Shown: positions 48,780 to 58,291 of the stretch, one piece after another | How positions within the stretch are numbered: position 1 is the first letter of the stretch | Layout: every line of letters starts with the position of its first letter | IMG/VR virus record: IMGVR_UViG_3300045684_000009 | Coordinates: 32,001-96,000 of that record | Origin: a virus | DNA: 64,000 nucleotides | Direction: 5' to 3' (one strand) | Position numbers and translations under genes: made by a program | Notes under the pieces: model-generated | The model's input: the letters and a program-made list of their open reading frames with translations, nothing else | What the model was told of the DNA's origin: nothing | Databases searched by the model: none

Positions 48780-49681
48780 TCAAAATAGTTTTGTTTTTCA
48801 TTGAAATTTGCTAATACCACCATATCCTTTTTAATAGGTTTGGAACTCTTAACTGTGTAATCTTCGTTATCGTCACCTTGAATTTGATACATCTGTTTCT
48901 TACCTTTAACCTTTGAAACCATTACAACTGTAGTTTGCAAGTCAGGTGCAGATGGTGGTGGTACATTAAGGAGAATATCATCATACAACACTATATTCTC
49001 TAACCTAAGTCTCTTAACTATATTAAAGGTAGCTAATACATCATGAGATACATATTGAGTTATATCCTCTAATCTACCATCGTAATATGCAGCATTTACC
49101 ATAGACCCGTCAATATCTCCTTTTGGTGAGGGAATGTCAAGGTGGTAACATAAAGCTATCAATGATGAACCAGGACCTGTGAACGCAGACTTATACATCT
49201 CGTTAGTATCGAGAAGGTCAATCTCCCAAGGTTTAGCACCTAGTACATCTAACATCTTAGGTACTTTTAAAGAGTTAGATTGATAAGCTTTTACCAATTG
49301 GGGATAATCAAAGTATTTACCTGCATGCGCACACAATGTGAATTTATTGTCGTATAGTTTTTCAAGTATTTCTCCTAGTTCAACCAACACTTCACTTTCA
49401 CTGTCTGATGATATTGTCTTAATTCTGAACGTTTGGTCGGATTGTGACCAATATCCAATACCTACCGCTATTATTTTATTGAACTCTGCATATAATGCGG
49501 CGGTTCTTTTAAATAAACTGTTTAACTCATCTGAGTCAGGTATTTCACCTTCGTTCTTGTTCTTATACTGCCATGCTAACTTACCTGCTTCAGATAAGTC
49601 GTCATAGTTTTCTGTTTTAGCACAAGTCTCTATATCGATGAATGCTATCTTTGTTAAATCTAATCGTTTAATGTAATTCAT
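48767..49681 (-). CDS. 3'-5' exonuclease (DnaQ/PolB-exo-like)
   Basis: Exo I DIET, Exo II H.GKYFDYP and Exo III Y...DV motifs, plus KPWE..LLDT. Confidence 0.85.
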   Translation of the reverse strand: MNYIKRLDLTKIAFIDIETCAKTENYDDLSEAGKLAWQYKNKNEGEIPDSDELNSLFKRTAALYAEFNKIIAVGIGYWSQSDQTFRIKTISSDSESEVLVELGEILEKLYDNKFTLCAHAGKYFDYPQLVKAYQSNSLKVPKMLDVLGAKPWEIDLLDTNEMYKSAFTGPGSSLIALCYHLDIPSPKGDIDGSMVNAAYYDGRLEDITQYVSHDVLATFNIVKRLRLENIVLYDDILLNVPPPSAPDLQTTVVMVSKVKGKKQMYQIQGDDNEDYTVKSSKPIKKDMVVLANFNEKQNYFECVN

Positions 49682-49682
49682 A

Positions 49683-49928
49683 TTATTGTTGTCTATGTTC
49701 GTTTGAATAACTTACTTTAATACGGTTGCGTCCTAATATATACGCCACACCATCTATAAAACCTTCTGCTTTTTCTTCGCCTTTATCATGATAATAGTCA
49801 CCATAAGATTTAACAAGTTTACCGTCAATATATATATCTACACCTTGGCAATCACCACCAAAATCCTCATCCTTATCTTCTTCATCATAATATCCGAACC
49901 ATGTTGTTACTGTTATTTTTGTTTTCAT
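49683..49928 (-). CDS. Hypothetical protein
   Basis: 81-aa packed ORF. Confidence 0.55.
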   Translation of the reverse strand: MKTKITVTTWFGYYDEEDKDEDFGGDCQGVDIYIDGKLVKSYGDYYHDKGEEKAEGFIDGVAYILGRNRIKVSYSNEHRQQ

Positions 49929-49956
49929 ATCGTACTATTTTCGTAATGTTTAATTT

Positions 49957-49986
49957 AACCCCCACACCTGAATTGATGCGGGGGTT
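49957..49986 (-). terminator. Stem-loop / probable terminator after the SSB-like gene
   Basis: On the minus strand, AACCCCCGCATC-AATTCA-GGTGTGGGGGTT forms a 12-bp stem with G-U pairs. The U-tract is weak. Confidence 0.6.
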
Positions 49987-49995
49987 GATAGTCAA

Positions 49996-50673
49996 TTAAA
50001 ATAAAAGCTCATCAGAAGTTTTTTCACTTACTTCGTTTTCAACTTCATCGTCATTTGTTTCTGATCTGTTACCTGCAGAATCGAACCAATCTTGTAATGT
50101 CACATCTAAATCAGTACAAATTTGATCTGCTTCAGGTGTTATACCTGAGCTTTCTAATACAGGAACTCTAAAGGTTACAACACCTTTCTTCCTCTGTTCG
50201 AAGTCGGTACAAGTAACTGAACCTTCAGTCACTGGCTTGTCTTTTGAGAATTCTATCCAAGAACCTAACGCAGAACCCGAAAGTTCTAATGTTCCTATTG
50301 AATACTCACCATCTTCATTCTTATATGCTACGTATAAATAGTTAGCATACTTTCCTCCGTTGTCTCTAATGGAATCTTTTATGTCAGCATATAAACCTTT
50401 ACATACTGTCTTCTTTCCACATCGAACTGTAAGAACTTCTGACGATTGGTCTATAATGTGGTTAGACCACAATCTACCACCAATGGCGTCATTCCACCCC
50501 GTAATACCGCTTCGTTCGTCTAATACAACAAACGTGAATGGGTTTTTTACTAACTCATCTTCGTCTCCGTTGTAAAACTTGAACACACCGCCATCTGCGC
50601 CTCCCTTCCATATAAATCGTCTAGTTACTGGTGAAGGTCTAGACATACCTTGGTTTGGTCTTGATCGACTCAT
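49996..50673 (-). CDS. Probable single-stranded DNA-binding protein
   Basis: Beta-rich core with aromatic residues and an acidic tail ending ..SDELLF, as in SSBs. Followed by a hairpin. Confidence 0.55.
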   Translation of the reverse strand: MSRSRPNQGMSRPSPVTRRFIWKGGADGGVFKFYNGDEDELVKNPFTFVVLDERSGITGWNDAIGGRLWSNHIIDQSSEVLTVRCGKKTVCKGLYADIKDSIRDNGGKYANYLYVAYKNEDGEYSIGTLELSGSALGSWIEFSKDKPVTEGSVTCTDFEQRKKGVVTFRVPVLESSGITPEADQICTDLDVTLQDWFDSAGNRSETNDDEVENEVSEKTSDELLF

Positions 50674-50706
50674 AAAATATATATATTTAAAAAGTTAAAA
50701 AATCAA

Positions 50707-51534
50707 TTAAAATAGCTCTATAATTTCTAAATTCTTTGGTTGCACTGCGTTCTTACCCCACCCCTTCTCTACCGTAATAGAGAAGTACTTTTCAAACACA
50801 CTATTAGTAGTAAACACTTTGTCAAAATAATCAGTAACAGGGTCTTCTCCTAATCCTTGAACCGTTATATGAGACACTGCTAAATACTTCTTTCCCACAT
50901 TCGCACTATCTAACAATGCAGATAATCCCTTAAAAGTTCCCCCACCAATCGAAATGTCATCAATAATCAACACATCTTTCCCTCCAAAGTCATCAATAGG
51001 TAATTGTTGCTTCAATTTAGTCTTACCATTTACATACGTTCGTACTTTTGAGGCGGATAAAACATCACCTTTCCAACCCAACGTATCCATAGTCTTATTA
51101 ATCCATTTGTAAGCACCTGCGTCAGGAGATAGTATACTTACACTTTCATCAATGTGATCGCCTATACTCTTTAACACCTTATTAACAAAAAGAGTATTAT
51201 CCATAATCTCCACCTTATCACCCATATAAGCCTCCACGACTTCGGGGTTATGTGGGTGGAAGATGACGAAATCAGCATCCATACCATTTAAGAACTTACA
51301 TACTTGCTTTAAACCGCTAGATTCATCATCATTGAATCTCTTATCAGCTTGGCCATCAATTAACCAAGGTATTATGATAGCAGGTCTTTCTGCGTACTTG
51401 TGATTATGTGCATCAACATATTGACCTAACTGCCATAACTCTGCATAGTCTCCTATTCTGTATACTACTTGAGGTTCATCTTCCTCAATCTTCCAATAAG
51501 TAGTACCGTCTGGGTGTGATATTAGTTTATTCAT
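50707..51534 (-). CDS. PRPP-synthetase-like protein (candidate ADPR-PP synthetase Adps of NARP1)
   Basis: IPW....QADKRF, HPH, SPDAGAYK, KVR, IIDDISIGGGTF and LAVSH motifs. Likely start ATG 51534. Confidence 0.85.
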   Translation of the reverse strand: MNKLISHPDGTTYWKIEEDEPQVVYRIGDYAELWQLGQYVDAHNHKYAERPAIIIPWLIDGQADKRFNDDESSGLKQVCKFLNGMDADFVIFHPHNPEVVEAYMGDKVEIMDNTLFVNKVLKSIGDHIDESVSILSPDAGAYKWINKTMDTLGWKGDVLSASKVRTYVNGKTKLKQQLPIDDFGGKDVLIIDDISIGGGTFKGLSALLDSANVGKKYLAVSHITVQGLGEDPVTDYFDKVFTTNSVFEKYFSITVEKGWGKNAVQPKNLEIIELF

Positions 51535-51910
51535 TGCCGTTAATTTTATCGTATACTCGACCCAACATTGAGAGAGCGCCATCTAACCCAGCTCTATCGT
51601 CAAGTAATATGTTGAAATAAGGTTTAGACTCTGTTCCGAACTTAAGATTTGGAATTGCGGGAGTATTAACTCCTACAATATTCAACCCAACTTCCTTACA
51701 ATACCTCTCTATAAATGGATATCTTTCAGGAGCAGAAGCTGTCCAAATAATGATGATCATTTGATCTTGCATTCGTAGTAACTCACCTATTGTAATCATA
51801 CATCTACCCCAACTCGACATTCTATATGGAAATATAGTGTCATCGAAATCTACAGCAACTATTAATTTACCGTGAGTTACCCACTCATCTGTTAATCTCT
51901 GTTCTATCAT
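51527..51910 (-). CDS. Small HAD-superfamily phosphatase
   Basis: IVAVDFDDTI (DxD), IWTA and KPY...LDDRAG motifs. Confidence 0.8.
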   Translation of the reverse strand: MIEQRLTDEWVTHGKLIVAVDFDDTIFPYRMSSWGRCMITIGELLRMQDQMIIIIWTASAPERYPFIERYCKEVGLNIVGVNTPAIPNLKFGTESKPYFNILLDDRAGLDGALSMLGRVYDKINGNE

Positions 51911-53670
51911 AATTGTTCATTTATACGTTGTCTAATAGTATCCAATGACTCGTCAATCAATAACTTACCATCTCTGAATACTTCTTTTAATTCTCCTGCA
52001 TTTTCTACTGACCAAGTGACTCCATCAAAAGCTTTAATCTTGTCATCTTGTCTGCCTACAGATATCAAACCTTTCAAACTCTTCTTATTCATTCCACCCT
52101 TTGTTTTAGGGTCTTTGAATATCTCTTTACCTCTTGTTTCATATTCAACATGTTCTTGGTCCATACTGTGTCTAGGTAGTTTAACTGATTGCTCAATATA
52201 CGTAGCTTTCATAGCAAATCCAAATGTATCTCTAGTATTCATCTGATAAGTATAAGAACCTATACCTAGAACTAGATTGTTAGTAGAGAATCCTTTAGCG
52301 ACTAATCTCTCACATATTTTATTAGCAATAGGAATAGTTACTGAGTCACCATAGATAAGACCTATGTGAGTATCAAGGTGCTTGTACATGTTACCATCGC
52401 TTCCTTCTACTTCTGTTCCTCCAAATGCATCCCACAATACTTCGATTGAGCCTTTGAATTCAGGACTATTTTCTAACTTAGTAAATGTGGACTTATCAGA
52501 ATCTTTACCGTAGTTGTCTATGTAGTAATATTGTTTATCGTATCTATTCCAATCAGGTGAGTATTTAACTGAATATAATTCACCTTTATAACTTATCACC
52601 TTAGTTATATCCCCACCACATTCACCATGAGGCGTATCCTCTCTCAACTCTGTATCTAAATACTCAGTAGCCCATTCCTTAAACTCTTCAAAAGTTTCAG
52701 GCTTGTCAAATCTTTTGTAGATCTTACCACATATCATATCCACAATATCACCCGAGTCAGGGCGAACCACCACTCTACCATCACGAGCCATTATCTCTGC
52801 TTTAAACTCAGTACATAATAAGTTAAGCAATGACCAATAGTCATATGTATCAGCTACTATCGACACTATACCTGTAGGGTATAAGTCCAACATGTGGCGG
52901 ATATAAGCTCTCTCATCACCCTCTCCTTCATAATGTGAAGATGCTACTGAATGCTCACTGGCAGGTACTGAACCTGCGATAAGTCCGTTTGCGTTATAAT
53001 ACTCCTTAGCAGCTAAGAATGCAGGAATAGTGTCTGTACCTGTAAATGATGTTAAATGGGCTAAACCACATACTGACGAGTGTCTACCAAATAAACCTCT
53101 CATTGCAAAACTGTGACCTTGCCAATCAACAAAATCAACAGGAGTTCCCGTTAATCTAGCATATTTCATAAGTATTTGCTTGTATTCTCTAGCTATAGTG
53201 GCGTTAGTCATATATGGCCACAACTCTGCAGAAAACAAAGTCTCTAAATAATTAGTTAACCAAAAGCATTTAGGGTCAGTGTTGTAGACTGTAACTGCAG
53301 GAACGCCTATCGGACACATTGTTCCTTCAGGTAATGCTTTAATTACCAAAGGTAAGTATCCTAAATCGTGCAGGTAACCTATGTGGTCAGCATCGTATTC
53401 TGAACCCATAAATTCTGACATCAATGCTGAATACTCTTCTACCATTAACTCCTTATCTGCGCTGAAGAAGTGGTCTTCAAAGTCTGCAATTAACTTCTTA
53501 AGCACTATCTGAATTCCAAACACCACCACTCCATCAGTGTTGTTACCTTGATAATGTCTGCTTGAGCGTGGAGTCCAATTTGAATATACTAACGTAGTAT
53601 TCTTTGGATACTGAGCTCTGTGTGACAACTTGTAGGCATCAGTTGCGTAAATCGGATTTTCATGTATCAT
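51907..53670 (-). CDS. Nicotinamide phosphoribosyltransferase-like protein (candidate Namat of NARP1)
   Basis: TDAYKLSH..QYP, WLTNYLET, F.GTDT, SVPASEHSV, SIVADTYD, VVRPDSGD, GLIYGDS, GIGSYTYQ..TRDT.GFA.KAT and KDPKT motifs. Confidence 0.92.
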   Translation of the reverse strand: MIHENPIYATDAYKLSHRAQYPKNTTLVYSNWTPRSSRHYQGNNTDGVVVFGIQIVLKKLIADFEDHFFSADKELMVEEYSALMSEFMGSEYDADHIGYLHDLGYLPLVIKALPEGTMCPIGVPAVTVYNTDPKCFWLTNYLETLFSAELWPYMTNATIAREYKQILMKYARLTGTPVDFVDWQGHSFAMRGLFGRHSSVCGLAHLTSFTGTDTIPAFLAAKEYYNANGLIAGSVPASEHSVASSHYEGEGDERAYIRHMLDLYPTGIVSIVADTYDYWSLLNLLCTEFKAEIMARDGRVVVRPDSGDIVDMICGKIYKRFDKPETFEEFKEWATEYLDTELREDTPHGECGGDITKVISYKGELYSVKYSPDWNRYDKQYYYIDNYGKDSDKSTFTKLENSPEFKGSIEVLWDAFGGTEVEGSDGNMYKHLDTHIGLIYGDSVTIPIANKICERLVAKGFSTNNLVLGIGSYTYQMNTRDTFGFAMKATYIEQSVKLPRHSMDQEHVEYETRGKEIFKDPKTKGGMNKKSLKGLISVGRQDDKIKAFDGVTWSVENAGELKEVFRDGKLLIDESLDTIRQRINEQL

Positions 53671-53681
53671 ATTGTTGTTTT

Positions 53682-53960
53682 TTAATTTATTTTATCATAA
53701 GTTTTATCAAATATTATGGGGTCACAAGGATAATACTCACCCTCAACTCCCCTAATAATTACGTAACCGTGAGGTACTTTATATGAATCGCCTTCTAAAG
53801 TTCTAACCCAAATCTCATTTTCAAAGCCAAGTTGAGATACAATAAAGTGGTCCTTAATTAGATCATCCATATTGCCTAACCAATTGACAAGTTCGATATA
53901 GTCACCATCCCAAATGTGATAATTAATTTCTACTGGTTTCTTTCTTGCTTTCATGAGCAT
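53682..53960 (-). CDS. Conserved phage protein (KKPV...TLEG...IIRGVEGEYYPC..IF.KTY; PGDYG-like)
   Basis: Recognisable widespread phage motif pattern of unknown function. Confidence 0.7.
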   Translation of the reverse strand: MLMKARKKPVEINYHIWDGDYIELVNWLGNMDDLIKDHFIVSQLGFENEIWVRTLEGDSYKVPHGYVIIRGVEGEYYPCDPIIFDKTYDKIN

Positions 53961-54154
53961 ACGAATTCTACGAATTTATTAATATTGTTATCATTATGGA
54001 AAGGGTCGATACTGTCATCACCCCTACACTCTTCAGCCTTTATTGGAAATAATTGTAACGCATAGTTAAAATAGGCTTGACCCCATCTCCACTCTGAAGG
54101 TTTATTATTTACGTCCATGACTAATTTATTAATTCTTTCTAGTTTTGTTTTCAT
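53951..54154 (-). CDS. Hypothetical phage protein (R.GQ.YFN...DPF)
   Basis: Common small phage protein pattern. Confidence 0.6.
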   Translation of the reverse strand: MKTKLERINKLVMDVNNKPSEWRWGQAYFNYALQLFPIKAEECRGDDSIDPFHNDNNINKFVEFVCS

Positions 54155-55041
54155 AATATATCGTTTAAATGTTTAATTCTTTTATGTCCCACATCATACT
54201 GTTGATTGTGTGGTGCATCCATCAAATAACAACAAACACCAGCTCTATTTAAATCTATAAAGTTATGATAACTGTCATCTACAAATATATCCAACTCTAA
54301 TTCTAAAGCAATATCGACCTTAGACCTACCTACACCAACAGTATGTACGGGTTTGGTGGGGAATCCCGAATCGAATAACCACTGTTTCGTTACGTCCGTA
54401 TCAACTGGACGGGACGTGATGTAACAGTGGGGTTCGAATGGGAGGGTATAATCTACTTTCTTAGGAAGAGATAAGTAAAACTCAGTAAGAGTATCTTGGT
54501 CTGTCATCCTATCAAAGTGATCTCTAGTCTTATAATCAAAGTACCAATATTTAGGATCTGGATCAAGCCCATGTAGATTGGTCCAAGGTCCAACCCAATC
54601 ACACAACACCTCATCGATATCTAGACCTATCTTAAAGTCTCGAAGGTATTCATGTTTTCTATCATCACCTTGAGGATATATCTTATAATAAGTTATTAAA
54701 GACGCAAGACCCCAGGCAGCATTCCCTAAATGTAAAGTTCCCAAATCGGGATCAACATCTTCACCTTTAACCCAAGATGATATATGTCGTTTAACGCTTG
54801 CCATAGACCCCATCCAATTTTGTCCTAATCTCCAATTGTCTGCACCATCGTCTACAATAGTCATACTTGCAGAATCTTCTAGCGATATGTTAGCTCCTTT
54901 ATGTTGAACACCTTTTGCATCTTCATATATTGTGTATTTATGTGCACCTAAAGTGTACACCTTAGCTAACTCATCTAGGAACTCTTGAGGTATCAATTCG
55001 TACCTTAATTTTCCTTTATTGTATCTTTTTGCTTTACTCAT
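54151..55041 (-). CDS. dATP/dGTP diphosphohydrolase-like (DUF5664) domain fused to a HAD 5'-nucleotidase-like domain
   Basis: N-terminus RYNKGKLRYELIP..L.KV.T.GA.KY...NWR.G...RH..W..GED.DPD.G..HL..AAW. C-terminus LDIDEVL.D, ITSR, K and FVDD. Confidence 0.8.
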   Translation of the reverse strand: MSKAKRYNKGKLRYELIPQEFLDELAKVYTLGAHKYTIYEDAKGVQHKGANISLEDSASMTIVDDGADNWRLGQNWMGSMASVKRHISSWVKGEDVDPDLGTLHLGNAAWGLASLITYYKIYPQGDDRKHEYLRDFKIGLDIDEVLCDWVGPWTNLHGLDPDPKYWYFDYKTRDHFDRMTDQDTLTEFYLSLPKKVDYTLPFEPHCYITSRPVDTDVTKQWLFDSGFPTKPVHTVGVGRSKVDIALELELDIFVDDSYHNFIDLNRAGVCCYLMDAPHNQQYDVGHKRIKHLNDIL

Positions 55042-55186
55042 GTTTATCTTTTTTTGTTTCTGAACCTTGGTTAGCCGAGGCTTCTAATATTGCGTAATAT
55101 GCTTTACAATGGTCACATTGATACATACACTTAGGTTTGTCGTCTATGTCTCGTTGACAGTAGTTAAAATTCGATTGGTTCGTCAT
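55034..55186 (-). CDS. Small 4-Cys protein, 50 aa (not in the ORF track)
   Basis: Manual translation MTNQSNFNYCQRDIDDKPKCMYQCDHCKAYY...KDKHE*. Overlaps both neighbours and fills the gap. Confidence 0.45.
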   Translation of the reverse strand: MTNQSNFNYCQRDIDDKPKCMYQCDHCKAYYAILEASANQGSETKKDKHE

Positions 55187-55394
55187 AATAAGTTTCTTGT
55201 TGCATTATTGTTTTTAAAATTATGATATCTTTCATATCAAAATAGTGTGCGATAAATATTCCATGATAATATGCACCCCACAACCCATCGTCGTCTGCTA
55301 TAGTCAGCCCATCGTATTCGGGATGTAAACTCCAAGATACATTGTTCGTCCAAACAAATCCAGCTTTAATTAATCCGTTAATTGTTATATTCAT
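55164..55394 (-). CDS. Hypothetical protein
   Basis: Packed ORF. Confidence 0.5.
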   Translation of the reverse strand: MNITINGLIKAGFVWTNNVSWSLHPEYDGLTIADDDGLWGAYYHGIFIAHYFDMKDIIILKTIMQQETYYDEPIEF

Positions 55395-55395
55395 A

Positions 55396-55908
55396 TTATT
55401 CAGGTAATAATTTGTTAATTAGTTCTCTTGCAAATGCGTGAGTGGTCTCCAAGTTTAGTGTAGTCATTAATTCTTCATACTCTTTTCTACACTCATTTTC
55501 AAAATCTTTAGACTTTTTAACTATTGCAGTTAATTGATTAAGAATTTCATCATATTCAGGTTTCCACAAAATCAATTCATCATGTGCGTACTTCGATGTT
55601 AAATTAATCCTTTTTTTATCAGATGAAATGAAATCTTTATCTTTTCTTATACCTACTATTTCTATAAGATTTGTACTATTAGAACCGAACATTCGACCAC
55701 CAAATGAAGGTCTATTCATAACCTTAAAAGGTTTAAATGTAGCATTACGCTTGATGTAATCATCTACTGCTTTTTTAGCAGAAGCATAAGATTGCTTATC
55801 TTTACTTTGCCAATCTCGAGAGTCCTCAACTACTGCGTAAAACTTCTCACGAACTGTATCGAACATTATTTCAAAACCTCGATAATCTTCTATTAATGCT
55901 TTGCTCAT
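55396..55908 (-). CDS. Hypothetical protein
   Basis: 170-aa ORF with an A-rich leader. Confidence 0.6.
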   Translation of the reverse strand: MSKALIEDYRGFEIMFDTVREKFYAVVEDSRDWQSKDKQSYASAKKAVDDYIKRNATFKPFKVMNRPSFGGRMFGSNSTNLIEIVGIRKDKDFISSDKKRINLTSKYAHDELILWKPEYDEILNQLTAIVKKSKDFENECRKEYEELMTTLNLETTHAFARELINKLLPE

Positions 55909-55922
55909 ATTTGTTTATTTTA

Positions 55923-56717
55923 TTAAAATTTAAATTCATCCCCTACTAATCTAATATATCCTCTATCATCATGTTCAAAACATACGGGAGCATATACGGG
56001 TAAGTTCCTAGCCCTATTATTAGTCGCACATGATACGCCAGTTTTAGTGTCATATTCTACTAACCAAGACGAAGTACATTTCTTGTCTATAACCGCACCT
56101 AAATGTCCTAAAGTATCTATACCCCCTCTATTAGCATGTATCACCACACCAATTACACAGTCATATTCCTCTGCAGCGTTAAGTAAGAACGTAGTAACAC
56201 GTTTCACACTACTTTCATCGTTGGGATTCTTCACTAAATCGGCAACTTGGTCTATGAATATGAAACCTATCTCTTTGCCAGATTTAATCATATTGTCAAT
56301 TATCCCTTTTATCAAGTCTAACCTTTCAACAAAGTCAAATTGGCGGAGATGAAACGAGTAATACCCATCTATATTATTATCCTTATGTAAAGAAGTATGA
56401 AACTTCTTTTGATTCTTACCCCACTGATTCTTCGATTCCTCTGTGACAAAATCAAGTATAACTTGGTCTCCTATCTCCATAGAGAATCCTAAGTTTATCA
56501 ACTCATCGTCTGTATAATTAGCAGACTCTATACCTTTAACGAAACCACTCTTCCTAGTTTTCTCTCTTCCATATATTACAACAAGGTCACCAGGACCTGC
56601 TACGCCAATAGGTGTATCTAAGTCAGCGTTTTTATAGTATAGGTAATAAGAATCCTCATCGTAGTGTTTATTAAAGTCGTATTTAATCTCTTCTAATAGT
56701 TCTTTATTTAAATCCAT
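55923..56717 (-). CDS. RecA-fold P-loop ATPase (AAA_25/DnaB-like helicase domain)
   Basis: Variant Walker A GREKTRKS, TEE, Walker B IFIDQVADL..NPND, VIH.N and GHLG..I.KK motifs. Confidence 0.75.
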   Translation of the reverse strand: MDLNKELLEEIKYDFNKHYDEDSYYLYYKNADLDTPIGVAGPGDLVVIYGREKTRKSGFVKGIESANYTDDELINLGFSMEIGDQVILDFVTEESKNQWGKNQKKFHTSLHKDNNIDGYYSFHLRQFDFVERLDLIKGIIDNMIKSGKEIGFIFIDQVADLVKNPNDESSVKRVTTFLLNAAEEYDCVIGVVIHANRGGIDTLGHLGAVIDKKCTSSWLVEYDTKTGVSCATNNRARNLPVYAPVCFEHDDRGYIRLVGDEFKF

Positions 56718-56765
56718 ATATTATGTCATTTGTTTTATTTAATACGTTGTAAATATACAAAATAG

Positions 56766-57053
56766 CTAGTGAACTTCAAAGTTTTCTACTTCTTTTAACA
56801 ATTCATTAACTTCTTCTATTTCTAAACCATCCAAATCATCAGGTGTAACAGGTCTAAATCTTGATAATCGGAAATGAGTGTAAGGGAAATTATTAGAGGT
56901 GTCTATTTCTTCTACAGACACCCCCAAAACTCCCCCCATCATACTCATCTTAACTACTTCTAATATCGTATAAATTCCATCCTTCTTAATCCATTTGGAA
57001 GCAGGAAAGTCAGGAGGTTTATTACTATCGTCAATACATACTATTTGGTCCAT
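56766..57053 (-). CDS. Hypothetical protein (VCIDD..P...W...Y...RF pattern)
   Basis: Small beta-rich phage protein. Confidence 0.6.
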   Translation of the reverse strand: MDQIVCIDDSNKPPDFPASKWIKKDGIYTILEVVKMSMMGGVLGVSVEEIDTSNNFPYTHFRLSRFRPVTPDDLDGLEIEEVNELLKEVENFEVH

Positions 57054-57057
57054 TATA

Positions 57058-57420
57058 TTAATTAGTATTTTGACATTGTTTTAATACAAAGTTGAATAAT
57101 CTATCTTTGTTTCTAAAGTTATACCTCTTTTTAGCTCCTTTAAACCTAACCCAATTGTTTGCAGGATTTACATACATATTCCCATTTACAAACAGTTGTT
57201 GTTGATGATACCTGTATTCAAATTTAATATCTTCATTTTTCTCAAGGCGTTCAGCAAATCTATCGTATGATGCCCACTTCCTACGCTTATGTCGATAGTT
57301 ACTTTCTTCTAAAGAAGATTTAACACATTCACAAAAATCTTTGTGACATTTAGGGTCAAATATTTCACTATCTATGGCCCATTTACAAGTATCTTCGTTG
57401 TGATGTAAGTCTTTTCTCAT
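57058..57420 (-). CDS. Hypothetical protein
   Basis: Packed basic ORF. Confidence 0.55.
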   Translation of the reverse strand: MRKDLHHNEDTCKWAIDSEIFDPKCHKDFCECVKSSLEESNYRHKRRKWASYDRFAERLEKNEDIKFEYRYHQQQLFVNGNMYVNPANNWVRFKGAKKRYNFRNKDRLFNFVLKQCQNTN

Positions 57421-57421
57421 A

Positions 57422-58066
57422 TCAATTAGTATTTCGATTGTGATGAGAGTCTAAGAACGCCTCTCTAATATTACAGAAATCTAGGAACTCGTCAATAGTT
57501 ATAGGTCGGTATTCACCAATCGCGTTATATACGTTGTCAATACCTACATCAAATGATTTACCTAACCCCGCATATGAACCATGAACATGACCAAAAGCAT
57601 GAAATGCTCCCTTATGTCCTTGATGCCATATAGCCATAGGATAATGGTTAACAACTATATTGTTCCCTTTGAATTGGATGTATTGAGTGTCGGCTGCAGG
57701 TAACACATTCTCGAAATAGTGTTTGTGTAAACCTTTAGTTCGAATGTTATGATCGTGATTACCATATGTTAGAATGATATTCTTACAGTTCACTCGTTCT
57801 GCAAACTCTAATATTCTATGTGCACCACCAAATGCAACATCACCTGCATGCATTAATACATCGTTCTCCTTTACGTTTTCGTTGATACCTTTAATAATAG
57901 TATCATTCATTTCTTCTAAGGTGTCGAAGTCTCGCACTGAGTTGTCACCTCCATGTTGAGATAAATCCCAACGAGTAGTTCCTCTACATATGTTGTTGTG
58001 TGCGTAATGTGTATCGGAAGTTAACCATAGTTGGTCAAACTTATTTAATGAGTCAAATCTTACCAT
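57422..58066 (-). CDS. Calcineurin-like metallophosphoesterase
   Basis: SDTH, GD, GNHD, HYP and GHVH motifs. Confidence 0.9.
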   Translation of the reverse strand: MVRFDSLNKFDQLWLTSDTHYAHNNICRGTTRWDLSQHGGDNSVRDFDTLEEMNDTIIKGINENVKENDVLMHAGDVAFGGAHRILEFAERVNCKNIILTYGNHDHNIRTKGLHKHYFENVLPAADTQYIQFKGNNIVVNHYPMAIWHQGHKGAFHAFGHVHGSYAGLGKSFDVGIDNVYNAIGEYRPITIDEFLDFCNIREAFLDSHHNRNTN

Positions 58067-58099
58067 TTTACTGATTTTAATTTCTTATTTAATTATTAT

Positions 58100-58291
58100 T
58101 TAATCGCACCAAGGCTCTCCTTTATCTAATTCTCCAAATAATCTGTTAGATAATCTACGAGCCCTGTTAATAACTTCGTCATCTAATAACTCCTTGTTCT
58201 CGTCAATGTATTGTGTTAATGCAACACATATTATAACTACATCTTTATAGTGTAATTTTGTTGTTACTTTTTCATATATGTCGTATCCCAT
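58100..58291 (-). CDS. Hypothetical protein
   Basis: 63-aa ORF coupled to the upstream gene. Confidence 0.45.
   Translation of the reverse strand: MGYDIYEKVTTKLHYKDVVIICVALTQYIDENKELLDDEVINRARRLSNRLFGELDKGEPWCD

Noticed and set aside
54151-55041. Z-genome (2-aminoadenine) or other base-substitution pathway
   Set aside because: No PurZ, DatZ or queuosine-pathway genes are in the window. The hydrolase domain alone is insufficient evidence.
56718-56765. Second Bacteroidota promoter on the minus strand (TATATTTA)
   Set aside because: It deviates from TAnnTTTG at the conserved G, and the region is AT-rich, so a chance match is likely.
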